Below, piece after piece: positions 1-9,545 of a DNA stretch of 64,000 bases; position 1 is the first letter of the stretch, and every line of letters begins with the position of its first letter. The DNA is taken from NCBI GenBank assembly GCA_963666285.1, contig OY762711.1. The stretch is one strand, 5' to 3'. The notes under the pieces were generated by a model that saw only the letters and a program-made list of their open reading frames with translations, was not told the DNA's origin and ran no database searches. Both the position numbers and the translations under genes were made by a program. The DNA is from Sedimentisphaerales bacterium (GTDB taxonomy: Bacteria; Planctomycetota; Phycisphaerae; Sedimentisphaerales; SM23-30).

Positions 1-2
1 CC

Positions 3-2372
3 TGGTTCGAAACTGCTATTTTGCATCAGCATAACTGGCAGGCTAAATGGCTGAATGATGGCAAAACTAACCCGGCTGTCGAAGAGGATTTCTTTAAATT
101 CGATCCGGCTCCATTATTCCGCAAGGATTTCACCCTGACCAAACCCGTCAGCCAGGCCCGTCTTTATATCACTGGCCTTGGCTATTATGAAGCTTCTCTA
201 AACGGCAAACGCATCGGCGACCATCTCCTCGATCCCGGCTGGACCGACTTCTCCAAAAGGATTTATTACAGTACATACGACCTCACCGACCGGCTGACAA
301 CAGGCGGCAATTGTCTAGGCGTCACACTTGGCAACGGCTGGTTTAACCCGCTCCCTCTACGCATGTGGGGGCATCTCAATATTAGAGAACACCTGACTGT
401 CGGTCGCCCTCAATTCATCGCCCAGCTCAAAATCACTTACAAAGATGGCTCTGAGCAGCTGATCACCAGCGACACCGGCTGGAAGGTCACAGAAGGCCCA
501 ATTATACGCAATAGCATCTACCTTGGCGAAATTTACGATGCTCGCAAGGAACTTGCCGCATGGAATATGCCCGGCTTTGACGATTCCGCCTGGCACAACG
601 CTGCTCTGGCTGATTCGCCCGCTCCAATCCTCCAGGCCCAGCCGCTCCTTCCGATCAGATCCACTGCCGTTATTAAGCCTGTTAGCGTAACAGAGATCAA
701 AGATGGTGTTTATATTGTCGATATGGGCTGCAATTTCGCCGGACTGGCATCTTTCAAATTTAATCTCAAAAAGTCCGCCATGGTTAAAATGCGATATGGC
801 GAACTCCTATATAATGACGGCACATTGAACCCAATGACCAGTGTCTGCGGTCAGATCAAGGGCAAGCGGAACGACTCCCTCCAGGCCAATCCCGGCCTCG
901 CCTGGCAGGAAGACATATATTTCGCCAAAGGCTCATCCCCGGAAATCTACACCCCGCGGTTTACTTTCCACGCCTTTCGCTATATCGAGATTACCGGGCT
1001 GCCCCAAAAACCCGAGCTCGATTCTATCACCGGCTACCGCTTAAATACAGACGTTACTCCTGTCGGCAGCTTTTCCTGCTCAAACGACCTTTTCAATTCC
1101 ATCCAGCAAATATGTCAGACATCTTTCCTCAGTAATATATTCAGTGTTCAGTCTGACTGCCCGCATCGCGAACGGTTCGGCTACGGCGGCGACCTGGTCA
1201 ATACCAATGAGGCCTTCATATACAATTATGATATGGCCAATTTCTATGCCAAGGCTGTTCAGGACTGGGACGACTGCAAGCTGGCCGACGGCATGCTCAC
1301 CGATACCGCTCCCTTCGTCGGCATCCAGTATTGCGGCGTAGGCTGGGCCATGGCACATCTACATACTCAGCTTGTCCTGTACCGCTATTATGGCGACCTT
1401 ACAATTCTTCAGCAGCAATATGATACCGCGGTCCGGTGGTTTGACCTCGTTATCAACAGCAATCCGGATTTCATCGTCAACCAGGGCCTGTCCGACCATG
1501 AAACTCTAACCGAAAATCCCGCTCCAACTCTGGTTACGCCTCTTTATTTTCAATGTGCCAATATGCTCGCACAAATCTCTGCAATACTCGGCAAAAACGA
1601 CAATCGAGACAAATACCTCACTCTCGCTGATAATATTATGACTGCCTATAACGGCAAATTCTTTGACACTGCTACCGGCAAATGCGGCTCCGGCACCCAA
1701 TCCAGCCAGTCTTTCGCTTTGTATTCTGATATTCTGCCTCAGGATTCTCAAAAAGCGGCATTTCAATACCTTCTCGATCGCATCAAAAAATGCGATAATC
1801 ATTTATCTACCGGCATTTTCGGCACAAACTACATGCTCGATATCCTCTCCCGCCAGGGCAGCGGCGAGCTCGCTTACACCATCGTCAACCAGCGAACATT
1901 TCCAGGATGGGGCCATATGCTCGAAAGCGGGGCAACCTCTCTATGGGAACACTGGCAGTTCAGCGACAATACCTACTCGCACAACCATCCGATGTTCGGC
2001 TCGGTCTCAAAATGGTTCTACAGCTCTCTCGGCGGCATAAAGCCTGATCCACAGGCCGTTGGCTTTGACAAAATTATTATCAACCCGCTCGTTCTAAAAC
2101 AGCTGCAATGGGTAAAATCCACCTACAACTCCGTCAGGGGGCCAATCACCTCGAACTGGCACAAATCTGATAATGAGATAACCTTCGATATTACTATCCC
2201 TGCCAATACTACTGCCACAGTATATCTGCCTTCCGATAAACTGCAAGCCATCAAAGAGGGCGGTAAACCAGTTACTGCCGTCAGTGATATCAAACTATCC
2301 ACCTGTAATAACGGCGTATCCGCCTGGAACATCGGTTCCGGCTCATACCACTTTACCATCCCGTGCAAATAG
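3..2372 (+). CDS. Alpha-L-rhamnosidase, glycoside hydrolase family 78 (5' end lies upstream of the window)
   Basis: GH78 motifs PAPLFRKDF, ARLYITGLGYYE, FTFHAFRY, SDCPHRERFGYGGD, GATSLWEHW and SHNHPMFGSV. The frame is open to the window edge (WFETAILHQ from nt 3), so the TTG at 21 is unlikely to be the true start. Confidence 0.93.
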   Translation, partial: WFETAILHQHNWQAKWLNDGKTNPAVEEDFFKFDPAPLFRKDFTLTKPVSQARLYITGLGYYEASLNGKRIGDHLLDPGWTDFSKRIYYSTYDLTDRLTTGGNCLGVTLGNGWFNPLPLRMWGHLNIREHLTVGRPQFIAQLKITYKDGSEQLITSDTGWKVTEGPIIRNSIYLGEIYDARKELAAWNMPGFDDSAWHNAALADSPAPILQAQPLLPIRSTAVIKPVSVTEIKDGVYIVDMGCNFAGLASFKFNLKKSAMVKMRYGELLYNDGTLNPMTSVCGQIKGKRNDSLQANPGLAWQEDIYFAKGSSPEIYTPRFTFHAFRYIEITGLPQKPELDSITGYRLNTDVTPVGSFSCSNDLFNSIQQICQTSFLSNIFSVQSDCPHRERFGYGGDLVNTNEAFIYNYDMANFYAKAVQDWDDCKLADGMLTDTAPFVGIQYCGVGWAMAHLHTQLVLYRYYGDLTILQQQYDTAVRWFDLVINSNPDFIVNQGLSDHETLTENPAPTLVTPLYFQCANMLAQISAILGKNDNRDKYLTLADNIMTAYNGKFFDTATGKCGSGTQSSQSFALYSDILPQDSQKAAFQYLLDRIKKCDNHLSTGIFGTNYMLDILSRQGSGELAYTIVNQRTFPGWGHMLESGATSLWEHWQFSDNTYSHNHPMFGSVSKWFYSSLGGIKPDPQAVGFDKIIINPLVLKQLQWVKSTYNSVRGPITSNWHKSDNEITFDITIPANTTATVYLPSDKLQAIKEGGKPVTAVSDIKLSTCNNGVSAWNIGSGSYHFTIPCK

Positions 2373-2455
2373 AGCAAGCAATATACAATATCCTACTCAT
2401 TGTATGACCGATTTTATCCTTTGGTTTCAATGAGCTTATAACTGCTGTATCCTTA

Positions 2456-2490
2456 CCGCCCGCTGCTCGCTGCTGGCCGCTGATTGCCTG
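2456..2490 (+). repeat. Degenerate 7-bp tandem repeat (CCGCCCG CTGCTCG CTGCTGG CCGCTGA TTGCCTG)
   Basis: Five imperfect heptamers read directly in the intergenic DNA. Confidence 0.45.
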
Positions 2491-2662
2491 TCTATTAATT
2501 ACTTTTGATTTACTCTCAATTTTTGCTATCATAAGTGTGTTATTTTGGAAAATTGATTAATGGCCGGGGATGCTGACTTTCTTTATCTCTTTGGCCTTAA
2601 ATGGTTTACTTATAATATTTTAAGGTTGTGTTTCGTATTTGGTCTCAAAGTTGTTTTTTTAC

Positions 2663-2690
2663 CTGAAACTTGAAACCTGGTCCCTGAACC
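2663..2690 (+). repeat. Degenerate 7-bp tandem repeat (CTGAAAC TTGAAAC CTGGTCC CTGAACC)
   Basis: Four imperfect heptamers just upstream of the RBS of the GLUG gene. Confidence 0.45.
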
Positions 2691-2710
2691 CTTAAATTAG
2701 GAAAGAGATT

Positions 2711-5299
2711 ATGAAAAAGTCTGGTCTGTTTGTATTTTTATTGGTTCTATTTACTAGTTCACTCACCATGGCCGCCAACGGCGACCTCGGCGTTTCCAGT
2801 GGTGCCGATGGCTCCGAATCCGATCCCTTCCTCATCGAAGACTTTACCGACTTCCAGGCATTCTGCGCCGACACCGCTAAATGGGCTTCCGGCGTCCACA
2901 CCCGCCTCGAAACCGACCTCGACCTTGCCCCCAATCTCCCTGGCAGACAAATCTATACCCAGGCACCAATTGCAGGCGATACCGACTCCGATTACACCTT
3001 TGACGGCACAGCCTTTGCGGGCAGCTTCAATGGCAATAATCATGTGATTAAAAATCTGGAAATCAATGGAGCATACTATTGTGGACTATTCGGTAAAACA
3101 GAGTCAGGTTGTGAGATAACCAATCTTGGTTTAGACAATATCGCTATCACTGGCGATTATTATACCGGCGGTCTTTGTGGTGAAAATCATGGTACTATCT
3201 CCAACTGTTATGCAACTGGTTCGGTTTTGGGCAATCATTCTATCGGCGGTCTTTGTGGTGAAAATCAAGGTACTATCTCCAACTGTTATGCAACTGGTTC
3301 GGTTTCGGGTGATCATTCTATCGGCGGTCTTTGTGGTGAAAATCAAGGTACTATCTCCAACTGTTATGCAACTGGATCAGTTTCGGGTGGTAGTCGCTCA
3401 TATACTCTCGGTGGTTTCTGTGGGTATAATCCATCTGGTACTATTATCAACTGTTTTCATTATTTTTATGGTGGACCCGATAATGGCTTTAGTTCTCCTC
3501 TTGACGATAATGAGTTGCAGACTAAAGCTAGTTTCATTGGTTTTGATTTTTCTGGCGATTCATCTGACGGTACTGATGATTATTGGTCTATTGAGGCTGG
3601 TTATATGCCGAGACTTTCATGGCAAATTTCATCCGGTTTTGAACCTCCGTATTTATTAAACACTTTAGTAACTTCACTTCCTGGCACAGGCTACTCTAAT
3701 GATCCGTTTATTATTACTGACTATGATGATATTTTAGAATTTAGAAATAACAGTTCACTTCGTATCGGGTATTATAGTCTGGTAGCAGATATTGACCTGG
3801 TTGGTATTACATATCCAGATGCATTTATACCGGAATATTTTTTGGGAACATTACTTGGTAATGGTCATGTAATATCAAATCTGGCGATTGATGGAGAGTC
3901 AGGCCTTGGCTTTTTTAAGATAGTGTATGGTTCTGTAACCAATCTTGGTTTAGACAATATCGCTATCACTGGCGATTATTATACCGGCGGTCTTTGTGGT
4001 GAAAATTGGGGTACTATCTCCAACTGTTATTCAACTGGTGATGTTTCGGGTGGACATATTTCGAATTTTACCGGCGGTCTTTGTGGTGAAAATTGGGGTA
4101 CTATCTCCAACTGTTATTCAACTGGTGATGTTTCGGGTGGACATATTTCGAATTATACTGGCGGGCTTTGTGGTGAAAATAGAGGTTCTATCTCTAATTG
4201 TTATTCAACTGGCTGTGTTTCGAGTGATTATTATTCGTATTATATCGGTGGGCTTTGTGGTGAAAATAGCGGCACTATCTCTAACTGTTATTCAACTGGC
4301 AGTGTTACCGGTGAACGTACAACCTATTACCTGGGTGGACTGTGCGGGGAGAATACTGGCGTAATAACTCATTGTTATTCAACTGGCAGTATAATCGGTC
4401 ATGATAATTGTTATCAACTTGGCGGCATCTGTGGGAAAAATGGTACACGAAATTTAGAAGGGATAATTTCCTATTGTCATTTTACCGGTAGCGTAACTGG
4501 TGAATTAGATTGCGGCGGTCTTGGTGGCTTATGTGGGGTTATTTATTCTGGCATAATAACCAACTGTTATTCAACTGGCAGCGTAACAGGCGGATTGTAT
4601 TGTCGTTACATCGGCGGATTCTGCGGGCAAAAAGCTTCAATTGAATTTAATGGCTTTTGGAATAGGATTTCTAATTGCTATTCAACTGTGAATGTTAACT
4701 GTGGAGATTATAGTAGTTCTATAGGTGGTTTCTGTGGAGCGAGTGGTAGCGGCGCATTAAGCAATTGCTATTCTACTGGGAATGTTAACTGTGGAGATTA
4801 TAGTAGTTCTATAGGTGGTTTCTGTGGAGCGAATGGTAGCGGAGTATTAAGCAATAGCTATTCTATCGGCAGCGTATCAGGTGGAGTTGAATGTACCTAC
4901 CTCGACGGATTCTGCGGATACATGACAAGGTCGTCACATAGTGATACCACCCTCGGTGACATTAGTAATTGTTTCTGGGATAATGAAACTTCAGGTATTT
5001 CGACAAACAACCATTATTACGACAAAACCACCGCCGAGATGCAAACCCAATCTACCTTCACCGATGCCGGCTGGGACTTCAACGTCGAATCCGACAACGG
5101 CACAGACGACCTCTGGCATATGCCGTACAACGCAGCCGGTTACCCAATACTCTACTTCCAGCGTGACATCCCCGGCGACCTCTCCGGCTCCTATGGCATA
5201 AACCTCTCCGACTTCAGCGAATTGTCCAATGGCTGGATGATTGATTTTGAATTTGCTGATTTGGAAGAACTGGCAGAATATTGGCTGGAAGGTAAATAA
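2711..5299 (+). CDS. Secreted GLUG-motif repeat protein with C-terminal dockerin-like domain
   Basis: Signal peptide; two 'G....PF.I....D' GLUG-family N-caps; more than 12 GGLCGEN.GTISNCYSTG repeats; TTAEMQ..STF..AGWDF; C-terminal GDL.G.YGINLSDF...WL. Confidence 0.88.
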   Translation: MKKSGLFVFLLVLFTSSLTMAANGDLGVSSGADGSESDPFLIEDFTDFQAFCADTAKWASGVHTRLETDLDLAPNLPGRQIYTQAPIAGDTDSDYTFDGTAFAGSFNGNNHVIKNLEINGAYYCGLFGKTESGCEITNLGLDNIAITGDYYTGGLCGENHGTISNCYATGSVLGNHSIGGLCGENQGTISNCYATGSVSGDHSIGGLCGENQGTISNCYATGSVSGGSRSYTLGGFCGYNPSGTIINCFHYFYGGPDNGFSSPLDDNELQTKASFIGFDFSGDSSDGTDDYWSIEAGYMPRLSWQISSGFEPPYLLNTLVTSLPGTGYSNDPFIITDYDDILEFRNNSSLRIGYYSLVADIDLVGITYPDAFIPEYFLGTLLGNGHVISNLAIDGESGLGFFKIVYGSVTNLGLDNIAITGDYYTGGLCGENWGTISNCYSTGDVSGGHISNFTGGLCGENWGTISNCYSTGDVSGGHISNYTGGLCGENRGSISNCYSTGCVSSDYYSYYIGGLCGENSGTISNCYSTGSVTGERTTYYLGGLCGENTGVITHCYSTGSIIGHDNCYQLGGICGKNGTRNLEGIISYCHFTGSVTGELDCGGLGGLCGVIYSGIITNCYSTGSVTGGLYCRYIGGFCGQKASIEFNGFWNRISNCYSTVNVNCGDYSSSIGGFCGASGSGALSNCYSTGNVNCGDYSSSIGGFCGANGSGVLSNSYSIGSVSGGVECTYLDGFCGYMTRSSHSDTTLGDISNCFWDNETSGISTNNHYYDKTTAEMQTQSTFTDAGWDFNVESDNGTDDLWHMPYNAAGYPILYFQRDIPGDLSGSYGINLSDFSELSNGWMIDFEFADLEELAEYWLEGK

Positions 5300-5384
5300 T
5301 AGCCGAATCATTCAGTGCCTTTGATAAATCGCCTAAAAGGGACTTACTGCAACGCTTTGAATTTAAACAAAATGTGAGACGATA

Positions 5385-5994
5385 GCGAATTATTCCTGAT
5401 GTCAACGTACATCGGGGCACCGGAATTTTTCATTTTTAATTTAGCAAAGCTCACCACTCTTCTTATTTTTTAGATTTCCAGATTTCAGACAGATACTACA
5501 ATTTTGACATAAACTGTACTCACGCGTCAGCTTTAAAATAGTCGTCCCGATGTATATCGGGACACCTCCTTTACAATTTTTATTTTACCCTTTACACTTC
5601 AGATGCCGCGAAGCGGCATCTGGTTGGCCCAGTGGTGAAAACCAGGCGGATAGGCTCATGGTAAATGTCTGCCGTTATGGCTCCGTGGCCCGCCGCGCAC
5701 CCTCCGGTGGCCGCCGCGCTATCGCCGTGCGGTCTCCGTAGGTATGCCGTAAGTTAAGAAGAGCTCTTCTCGCCGCCGCGCTAATCCGTTGCCCCTCCGT
5801 AAGCCGCCGTTGCCCGTCGCGCTGGCTCAATAGCCCGCCGTCGGTCGGCGTTCGCCGGGACGAGCCGCCGTTTCTCTTTTTAACGCCGCACTGCCTCCGC
5901 GCTGCCTCCGCGATACCTCCGTACACCCGCCGCGAGGTCTCCGCAAGTCGTCAATGGTGTTCCGCTGCCCGCGGCAGGCTTTCGCGCGAAATTA
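5385..5994 (-). repeat. ~600 bp non-coding element, copy A (inverted copy of 9546-10144), with a 10-11 bp phased RCGG(A/C)G array and palindromes
   Basis: The reverse complement aligns by eye over its full length with 9546-10144 (roughly 85-90% identical). GC-rich core at 5670-5975. Confidence 0.92.
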
Positions 5995-6107
5995 TATTAA
6001 ATATCAGGTAAAAACACGATCAGATAATAATCAAAGTACAAAAAATGGAAATAACCATATTTGGCAGGCTCATAAAGGTGGTCAAAACGTAGGCCCAAAT
6101 AGAAATA

Positions 6108-7664
6108 TTACTCAGAAATTGATAATGCACCGGTCGGGCAGGATTCAGCCAGATCAGCAGCCAGTTCGGCAGGCAGTTCGCCAAGATCCATGCCAAGCGG
6201 AGCAACCACCCTGGTATCATAGCCCCGACAACTGAACGTAAGTGCCTTATCTGGATTAAAGTTAGCAGATATTTGTACGCATATGCCGCACTTTATGCAC
6301 TTGCCTGGCTCATAGATGAGCCTATTACTCCCGGCATACTCTATTGTATATTCCTTACGCTGAGAATGTTTGTACGCTGTCGGCGAAGCATCCAGTAAGC
6401 TGCTGTATTTACGCAACTTACAATTGTCAACATCACGACAGTCACAATGCAGACAATCTGCTGCGGTTGGTTTTTCGCTGCTCTTTTCGCTCTTGCTATC
6501 CAGCATATCACGCAGCCGGGCTATCCGAAACAGCTCATCTTCGGTAAACTTGCCTATTCGAGTATTGAACGGTTTGGGCTCACCAGTTACAGGAACACCC
6601 GCCAGAAACTGGCAAATACTCACCGCCGCATATCGGCCCTGACCAACCGCACGAACTGCCATCCGCCCCGCCTGGTTGATTCCACCTGCGGTAAACACAT
6701 TCTTAAACTCTTCATTAACAGATACTTGCAAGGCAAGCTTATCAATTACCGGTTTTTCAGATTCTCCGGTAACCAGCCCCCATTGAACAAAAAACTCATC
6801 ACTTTTAGGGCCGGTTGCCAGCAGTACCGCATCATATTTACCCGTAAGCTCTGTCAGCGTTAAGTCTTTACCAAGCTCACTTTGTGAATATTCAGCTCCC
6901 ATCTCAAACGGCATAGCAGTTTCAGCCTTCAGAATATCAGCCGGCAGCTTCTCAGACTCTATCTGGAGCAGACCGCCGCCTGGTTCGGCTTGTTTATCAA
7001 ATACCGTAGCCTTATGCCCTGCAAGGGTTAAGTGCCACGCAGCAGACAGACCGGCAGGACCGGCACCGACAATTGACACACTCTTGCCCGTACTGGCAGC
7101 CGGTTTTGGTACAGCCATATTATTGATAATATAATAGCCGACATCTCCTTTAAGCTCACAGATCGGTATGGACCTACCTGTTTGCTTATGTCGGCATATT
7201 TTTTCGCATGGTGCCGGGCATATCGCCGCCAGAATTCCCGGTATCGGTATCGTCTGCCGCACAATTTCCGCGGCTCTCGGCATGTCACCGGCACTTATCG
7301 CTCGCAGCATATTGGGAATGTCCAGATCAGCCGGACACGCTACCTGACAAGGCCCCAGGCAGTCGCCCAGATGCTCGCTCAGCAGCAGTTCTAAAGCCTT
7401 ACGACGCAAGTGGATAACTTCCTCGGTCTCACTGTCGATTCGCATTTCATGTGTAACCTCGGTCGCACAGGAAGGAGCAAATCCGGCCCGGCCATGAATT
7501 TTCACCAGGCAGACCATACAGGTAGTATTCGGCTTGCACTTTTTGTTATAGCACAATACCGGAATCTCGATCCCGGCTTCTTTTGCAGCCTGATAAATCG
7601 TTTTACCAGCTTCAGTTACGATCTGTTTGCCGTCAATAGTAATTGTTATCTGCCTGCTGTCCAT
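6108..7664 (-). CDS. Fe-S flavoprotein: N-terminal NuoG/FdhA-like 2Fe-2S domain, GltD-like FAD/NAD(P) oxidoreductase core, C-terminal 4Fe-4S domain
   Basis: IPVLC..CxxC...PSC (2Fe-2S); PCQVACP...ICPAPCEKIC (GltD-type clusters); VGAGPAGLSAA dinucleotide fold; CLHCDC..C.LR; CIKCGICV...CPTGAL. Confidence 0.85.
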   Translation of the reverse strand: MDSRQITITIDGKQIVTEAGKTIYQAAKEAGIEIPVLCYNKKCKPNTTCMVCLVKIHGRAGFAPSCATEVTHEMRIDSETEEVIHLRRKALELLLSEHLGDCLGPCQVACPADLDIPNMLRAISAGDMPRAAEIVRQTIPIPGILAAICPAPCEKICRHKQTGRSIPICELKGDVGYYIINNMAVPKPAASTGKSVSIVGAGPAGLSAAWHLTLAGHKATVFDKQAEPGGGLLQIESEKLPADILKAETAMPFEMGAEYSQSELGKDLTLTELTGKYDAVLLATGPKSDEFFVQWGLVTGESEKPVIDKLALQVSVNEEFKNVFTAGGINQAGRMAVRAVGQGRYAAVSICQFLAGVPVTGEPKPFNTRIGKFTEDELFRIARLRDMLDSKSEKSSEKPTAADCLHCDCRDVDNCKLRKYSSLLDASPTAYKHSQRKEYTIEYAGSNRLIYEPGKCIKCGICVQISANFNPDKALTFSCRGYDTRVVAPLGMDLGELPAELAADLAESCPTGALSISE

Positions 7665-7817
7665 AAGTAATATAATATAGTGTTATTACAGGATTTATAC
7701 CAGAAATTTGTCGATAATAATAAAGTTGAAATTATTTTGCTTTGAATAATGAATAACTAGTGATATTATTATGTAACCGTATTTAATGGACTTACAATCA
7801 AAAACCTACCTGAAAAC

Positions 7818-8999
7818 ATGGATGCAGCTCAAGCGGACAACCTTTCATATATCTATATAGATTCCAACGAAGCAATAGCCGAAGTATGTGAAAAAATGCA
7901 GCATGCAGATGCCGTTGCTATCGATATCGAATGTGACAGTCTATACCATTATTATGAAAAAGTTTGCCTGCTTCAACTTTCATTTTCCGGTGTAAACTAT
8001 TTAATAGACACACTTTGTGGAATTGGCGTCGGTCAGGTACTGGATGTCTTATCACGTCAGAAGATCATCGTGCACTGCGGTGATTATGATTTCCGGATGC
8101 TGCGAAAATGCTATGGCTTTTTGCCCAGGGGCGAGGTTTTTGATTCCTGGATAGCTGCCCGGCTATTGGGATTTGAACGGGTTTCACTGTCAGATCTGGT
8201 TAGGACCATGCTGGATGTTGACCTGCCGAAAAGCTCACAGAAATCCGACTGGTCGCGCAGACCCTTGTCAGATAAGCAGATAGAATACGCAGTAAGAGAC
8301 ACCTGCTACCTGGAACAGCTGGCAGGCAAGCTATCAGATACGCTGGAGGCTAAGGGCCGCAGCCAATGGAACGAGCAAGGCGTCCAAGAGATGCTCCAGC
8401 GAGCCAGTTTTACCGAAGAGCAGGAAAACAATAACCCAGATAAAGTATGGCGTATAAAGGGTTTAAATAAATTATCCACCCGTCAGCTGGAATATGTCCG
8501 GCAGTTGTGGTTCTGGCGTGACATACTGGCCAGGAAGATGGACCGGCCACACTTTAAGGTGATGTCGAATTCAATGATAATAGATATCGCTATCTGGGCC
8601 TCCAAACACCATCACCATAGTAAACCGGTTACTGCCATCAAAGGCGTTAGAATGCCTAAGACCCTTAATGGAAAGCGTTTAGAAAGTTTTACCCGGGCAC
8701 TGAACCGAGGCCATAAAACAGCAGATGCCAAGCTGCCGCCAAGAAGACTGCCGGTGGATAACAGCGATTATGATGAGAATTATGCACTGCTGGACGTCGA
8801 ACCATATCAGAAGGCATGCTGCCAGGTAGCCGAGAAGCTTGGAATTGAGCCGCCAATACTGGTGACTCGCGCTCAATGGTATAAGATTCTGATCGAAATG
8901 CCGGGCGATATAGATGAGATTTTACAGAAAGCCGAGATACTTCCCTGGAAATATGAGTATATCAAGGAAATGCTCAACATGGTCGAATCCGGTAGCTAA
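7818..8999 (+). CDS. rnd: Ribonuclease D (DEDDy 3'-5' exonuclease plus HRDC domain)
   Basis: AIDIE, CLLQL, H...YD, SDWSRRPLS.KQIEYA..D; HRDC motif LWFWRD..AR..DRP.FKV. Confidence 0.9.
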   Translation: MDAAQADNLSYIYIDSNEAIAEVCEKMQHADAVAIDIECDSLYHYYEKVCLLQLSFSGVNYLIDTLCGIGVGQVLDVLSRQKIIVHCGDYDFRMLRKCYGFLPRGEVFDSWIAARLLGFERVSLSDLVRTMLDVDLPKSSQKSDWSRRPLSDKQIEYAVRDTCYLEQLAGKLSDTLEAKGRSQWNEQGVQEMLQRASFTEEQENNNPDKVWRIKGLNKLSTRQLEYVRQLWFWRDILARKMDRPHFKVMSNSMIIDIAIWASKHHHHSKPVTAIKGVRMPKTLNGKRLESFTRALNRGHKTADAKLPPRRLPVDNSDYDENYALLDVEPYQKACCQVAEKLGIEPPILVTRAQWYKILIEMPGDIDEILQKAEILPWKYEYIKEMLNMVESGS

Positions 9000-9030
9000 G
9001 TATATATAATAATGGAGCTTATGAGTTTTT

Positions 9031-9435
9031 ATGCACTTTAATAAAGGCAGACAAGACAAAGATGAAGGTCTGAATTTCACCGCTATGATAGATGTGGTGT
9101 TTCTGCTGCTGATATTCTTTATGTGTACAGCTTCGGTGCAGCTGCCCGAAAGTGAGATCAAGGCCGCCATTCCCGGCAGCTCCAATACCGTACCGGAGTT
9201 TCAGCCGGTGCGAATCGATATAAATACTGTTGGAGAAAATATTTCTGTAACTTGTGACGGCCGGCTCTGTGAAAATGACAGCACATTGAGCAGCCATATA
9301 TCCGCCCGTAGCCAGATAGCCGATCTGCCGGTTATCTTTTCTATTGATGACAATGTTGAGTTTGACGATATCGTGCATGTAATGGACATATGCCGACAAT
9401 CCGGCCTCAAAAAGCTTGCCATACCTACTAACTAG
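9031..9435 (+). CDS. exbD: ExbD/TolR family biopolymer transport protein (no exbB next to it)
   Basis: LNFTAMIDVVFLLLIFFM transmembrane motif; C-terminal D....F..IV.VMD.C..SG. Confidence 0.88.
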   Translation: MHFNKGRQDKDEGLNFTAMIDVVFLLLIFFMCTASVQLPESEIKAAIPGSSNTVPEFQPVRIDINTVGENISVTCDGRLCENDSTLSSHISARSQIADLPVIFSIDDNVEFDDIVHVMDICRQSGLKKLAIPTN

Positions 9436-9545
9436 CCCTATCCACCTGCTTTGGTACAACCAATTTTAAGCAAAACTGGTACTTCCATTTCTGTTTTTTG
9501 TCAGGTCGTTTTTACTTTCATGTTATCCCCTGAGGAATTGTGCAG

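Noticed and set aside
3117..4860. Diversity-generating retroelement TR/VR pair in the GLUG gene
   Set aside because: No reverse transcriptase in the window, differences are not confined to adenines, and the repeats are in-frame protein repeats.
5550..5741. 63-aa ORF MYIGTPPL... and its 60-aa twin at 9806-9988 (-)
   Set aside because: They lie in the duplicated element, start inside a palindrome with no SD, differ mostly by non-synonymous changes and have different stops. The 10-11 bp periodicity is not codon-based.
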